Shown here in pieces: positions 60,988-64,000 of a DNA stretch of 64,000 bases. The notes under the pieces are model-generated. The model saw only the letters and a program-made list of their open reading frames with translations, was not told the DNA's origin and made no database searches. The position numbers and the translations under genes were made by a program. The DNA lies in contig OY740781.1 of the NCBI GenBank assembly GCA_963514005.1, positions 65,658,001-65,722,000 of the forward strand, read 5' to 3'. The stretch comes from Raja brachyura (taxonomy: Eukaryota). Within the stretch, counting starts at the first letter, position 1; each line of letters starts with the position of its first letter.

Positions 60988-62550
60988 ATGGACAAGAGGA
61001 GTAAGGGCCGCAGGACATCCGGAAGGAGTTGCCGGCCACCTATCCCGGAGCTCCCGTCTACAGCACCCGCTGGACGGGCCGGGAAAAAGGCACGTAAATC
61101 GGGGAGCCCTGTAGTCACAGGACCCGAATCACCGACACAGCTGAGCACTAGCGGGGTTCCCGCAGAGCAAGAAGTCGGTACAGCGCCGGAGCAGGTAGAC
61201 CCTGACTCCATTTCTTTATCGCCAACAGGATCGTTGGCAGAGGCGTGCAAAATGGGTTCACGTGCTGCTGCACGGCCCTTCTCCCTGAGCCCTCATGGAG
61301 GAGCCAGGGATAGAGCTCGACAACCTAGCCCTTTTCGGGCTGAGGTTTCACCAGGAGCCGCTAGATTGCGGCCTGGTGAATCAGCGAGACCCGAGTCCAC
61401 TGGTAGACCAGGAAGGGCCAGTGGAGACTCACCACCTAGTTGGACCAGGAGGAGTCACACAGGTGGAGTCTCGCCACGGTCACCACTTCCCCCGCTGGGG
61501 GCGGGTCGGGACCGTACGCCGTCTGGGTCCAGGAAAAGGACAGTCGGCAAGCCCGCGCGGATGTCGGGTCACCACGCTGCGGCGTTGGGTGCCGACTTCT
61601 CACCGCATATGTCCTCAGAGGCAGCCGGATTTAGCTCAGCCAAAAGAAGGCGTATGAGCAGATCCGCGCGGGAGTCGTTCAGTTTCGCTGAGGCGGCTGG
61701 TAGCGACTTATCGTCACGGCACCGATATTACCTCGACGAGGTACGGGCCGATGATAGGAGCCTCAGAGATTCCTTCGGGCATGAGGACTCTGACCGCCCA
61801 CTCACGCACGATGAAGGGCGCATACATCGGATGGAGAGGATTATGGAACAAATCCTGCTTAATCAAAGACAGGAGACACACAGTTCCAGGGGACTCATGA
61901 ACATATCCCCATCATCTATGGATAGCATGAGGCCAGAGGAAGAGGAAATCTTGGTACATGCTCCAGTAGCACCTGAGGTTCCCCAGGAAGAGCTCCTGGA
62001 CGTGGCAGCCAAGTTTGGATTACCCATATCATCGGGACAACCCCTCAATACCAAGCTGGCTGCTACCATAGATTTCCTCACCAACCATCAGCTACAGGAG
62101 GAGGTCCTTGCAAAGGCCATGGATAGACACAAGGCACCGGGCAATTGCAATTCGCTCAATGTGCCTATTGTCAACATGCCTATTTGGGGCAATATCAGCC
62201 CGGGCATCAGAACTCAGGAAGTAAAATTACAAAGAATCCTGAAATTACTTACATCTGGGATTACCGCGTTTGCGAGGTCGGTGGATGGAGTGGACTTGAA
62301 CACTGAACAGGAGGATGCTCTGGCGCTACTTTGCAACACGCAATATGAGATCAATGCTTTTAGGAAAAGCATCATCAAGCCTACATCGAGGACCTACATT
62401 CCGGCGCCTCCTCTATACCAACAGCCTCAACAGCCCAGGCCTTTTTTAGGGCTAGGCCCTCAACGGCCAGCATGGAAAATGCGGTTTCCACATTATCAGC
62501 GCAACCCAGCACCTCCACGTCCCACCAAACACCCCAGGGACCACCGATAA
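60988..62550 (+). CDS. DIRS ORF1 (gag-like), 520 aa
   Basis: Long open frame: low-complexity Ser/Arg/Pro N-half, then PGNCNSLNVPIVNMPIW..KLQRI..ALALL..EINAFRK..IKP, with RPFLG near the C-terminus. Confidence 0.8.
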   Translation: MDKRSKGRRTSGRSCRPPIPELPSTAPAGRAGKKARKSGSPVVTGPESPTQLSTSGVPAEQEVGTAPEQVDPDSISLSPTGSLAEACKMGSRAAARPFSLSPHGGARDRARQPSPFRAEVSPGAARLRPGESARPESTGRPGRASGDSPPSWTRRSHTGGVSPRSPLPPLGAGRDRTPSGSRKRTVGKPARMSGHHAAALGADFSPHMSSEAAGFSSAKRRRMSRSARESFSFAEAAGSDLSSRHRYYLDEVRADDRSLRDSFGHEDSDRPLTHDEGRIHRMERIMEQILLNQRQETHSSRGLMNISPSSMDSMRPEEEEILVHAPVAPEVPQEELLDVAAKFGLPISSGQPLNTKLAATIDFLTNHQLQEEVLAKAMDRHKAPGNCNSLNVPIVNMPIWGNISPGIRTQEVKLQRILKLLTSGITAFARSVDGVDLNTEQEDALALLCNTQYEINAFRKSIIKPTSRTYIPAPPLYQQPQQPRPFLGLGPQRPAWKMRFPHYQRNPAPPRPTKHPRDHR

Positions 62551-62562
62551 CCATGAAGGTAA

Positions 62563-64000
62563 GGCGGTCTGGTTTTTCATGCACTTGCATGTCTAACCTC
62601 ACATGTTGGGGGTAGACTACGGAAGTTTAAGGAGGCATGGGAAACCATCACCTCAGATGAGTTTATCTTACAAAGTATTCAGGGCTATGAGATTGAGTTC
62701 ATAAATGGCCAAATTCCTCCACCTCAGCATATGCCGAATCGCAGATTTGCACTTTCCAGGAAGGAAACAGCAGTAGGCTATGCTGAAATCTTGAGACTAC
62801 AAGAGAAAGGTGTGATAGAAAGAACCACACATGAACCAAATGAATTTGTATCTAACATATTTACAAAAACCAAAAAATATGGTGGATGTCGGGTCATTAT
62901 AGATCTAACCCATTTGAATACCTTTGTAAAATATACCCATTTCAAAATGGACACGTTCGAAACAGCCAAATCTTTGATTTCTGTGGGCTGCTTCATGGCA
63001 TGCATTGATTTAAAAGATGCATACTATTCAGTATCCATTCAGAAACACCACAGGAAGTTCTTGAAATTTACCTGGATGGATCAACTTTGGCAATACAAAG
63101 CTTTGCCCAATGGGCTTACCACAGCCCCCAGACTGTTCACTAAATTACTCAAGCCAGTGCTAGCGACACTGAGGAGGAAAAATCACATGGTCATGGCTTA
63201 TCTGGATGATATCCTAATTATTGGGCATACACTGGAATCAGCGAAATTGGCAGTTTCAGCCACTGTGGAAATATTTCAAAAAATGGGATTTATTATCCAT
63301 CCAAATAAATCAAAGTTCTGTCCTTCACAGACCATGGACTATCTGGGGTTCACGATAGATTCCAATCACATGATTGCCACCATACCAACTAACAAAGTTG
63401 GGGATGTCATTCAAGCATGCAAGAACCTGGTCTGCGCCAGTATACCATCAATCAGACAAACTGCTAAGGTAATTGGGAAAATCGTAGCAGTCTTTCCAGC
63501 TGCTCAATTCGGACCTTTACATTATCAAAATTTACAAAGATCCAAGATTTCAGCGTTAAAATTGAATGCTGGACACTTTGATAGACCTATGCAGCTGCCA
63601 CTTAAGGCAAAAATTGAGTTACAATGGTGGATTGACAATATCCATAACTCATTTAAACCCATCGTTGTGCCTCGTCCGGTGGTATACTTACAAACAGATG
63701 CAAGCTCCCATGGCTGGGGAGCTACGGACAACAACACCAGTTGTGGGGGCAGATGGGACTCACTTGAATCTACCCTTTTGTTAGCACAAGGGATAAATTA
63801 TTTGGAGATGCTTGGGGCATTCCACGGACTTAGAGCTTATTGTTCAAACTTTACTGACACTCATGTCCGTCTCCAAATAGACAACACCACTGCGGTGGCA
63901 TATCTAAATCATATGGGCGGCACCAGGTCAATTTCATGTGATGAATTGGCTAATACAATTTGGCTCTGGTGCATACAACGGAATATTTGGATTTCAGCTA
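62563..64000 (+). CDS. DIRS ORF2 reverse transcriptase-RNase H (partial, open to the window end)
   Basis: Manual translation of frame 1 from 62563 found no stop up to 64000: VGGRLRKFKEAWETIT...YLDDILII...YLGF...TDAS...WCIQRNIWISA. Missing from the ORF track, probably because it has no stop in the window. Confidence 0.9.

Larger units (their letters stand above)
60792..64000 (+). mobile_element. DIRS-type tyrosine-recombinase retrotransposon (5' part; continues past the window)
   Basis: Begins TTT-cggagtcacgtgagtgac, then a gag-like ORF1, then RT (RVIIDL, FKMDT, IDLKDAYYSV, LPNGLTTAPRLFTK, YLDD at 63199-63210) and RNase H (TDAS..GWGA, INYLEM, DNTTAVAYLNHMGGT) typical of DIRS. No protease before RT. 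The YR gene would lie outside the window. Confidence 0.92.

Noticed and set aside
60988-62550. 520-aa ORF as a novel host gene
   Set aside because: It lies directly upstream of DIRS RT-RNaseH within the element, so it is best explained as ORF1.

Overview
Eukaryotic, repeat-dense sequence with no recognisable host protein-coding gene. It is probably a large intron or gene desert of a cartilaginous fish (skate/ray-like). That taxon call is inferred from the repeat mix: HER1-like CR1 LINEs, HE1-like V-SINEs, a SacSINE1-like DeuSINE and Penelope/Neptune elements. Nearly all ORFs in the track are transposon fragments or noise. Elements identified: many CR1 copies, two IR/DR Tc1 transposons, Rex1/Babar and RTE remnants, a Gypsy pol+LTR remnant, two solo LTRs, hAT and PIF/Harbinger MITEs, Penelope GIY-YIG copies, roughly 20 Penelope pseudo-LTR fragments (many carrying a minimal hammerhead-ribozyme motif), and a young DIRS-type retrotransposon that runs off the right edge. 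Most notable observations: (i) short, TSD-bounded, protein-free hairpin insertions made only of inverted Penelope pseudo-LTRs, one with hammerhead motifs back to back; (ii) a DIRS element with a consensus 60-nt spliceosomal intron just upstream of ORF1 and a long uninterrupted RT-RNaseH frame whose likely ATG is off by 1 nt; (iii) a four-level nested TE stack at about 12.8-20.2 kb; (iv) an unexplained GC-rich inverted repeat at about 39.5-40.1 kb. Family names come from recalled motifs, not database searches, and boundaries without a TSD are approximate.
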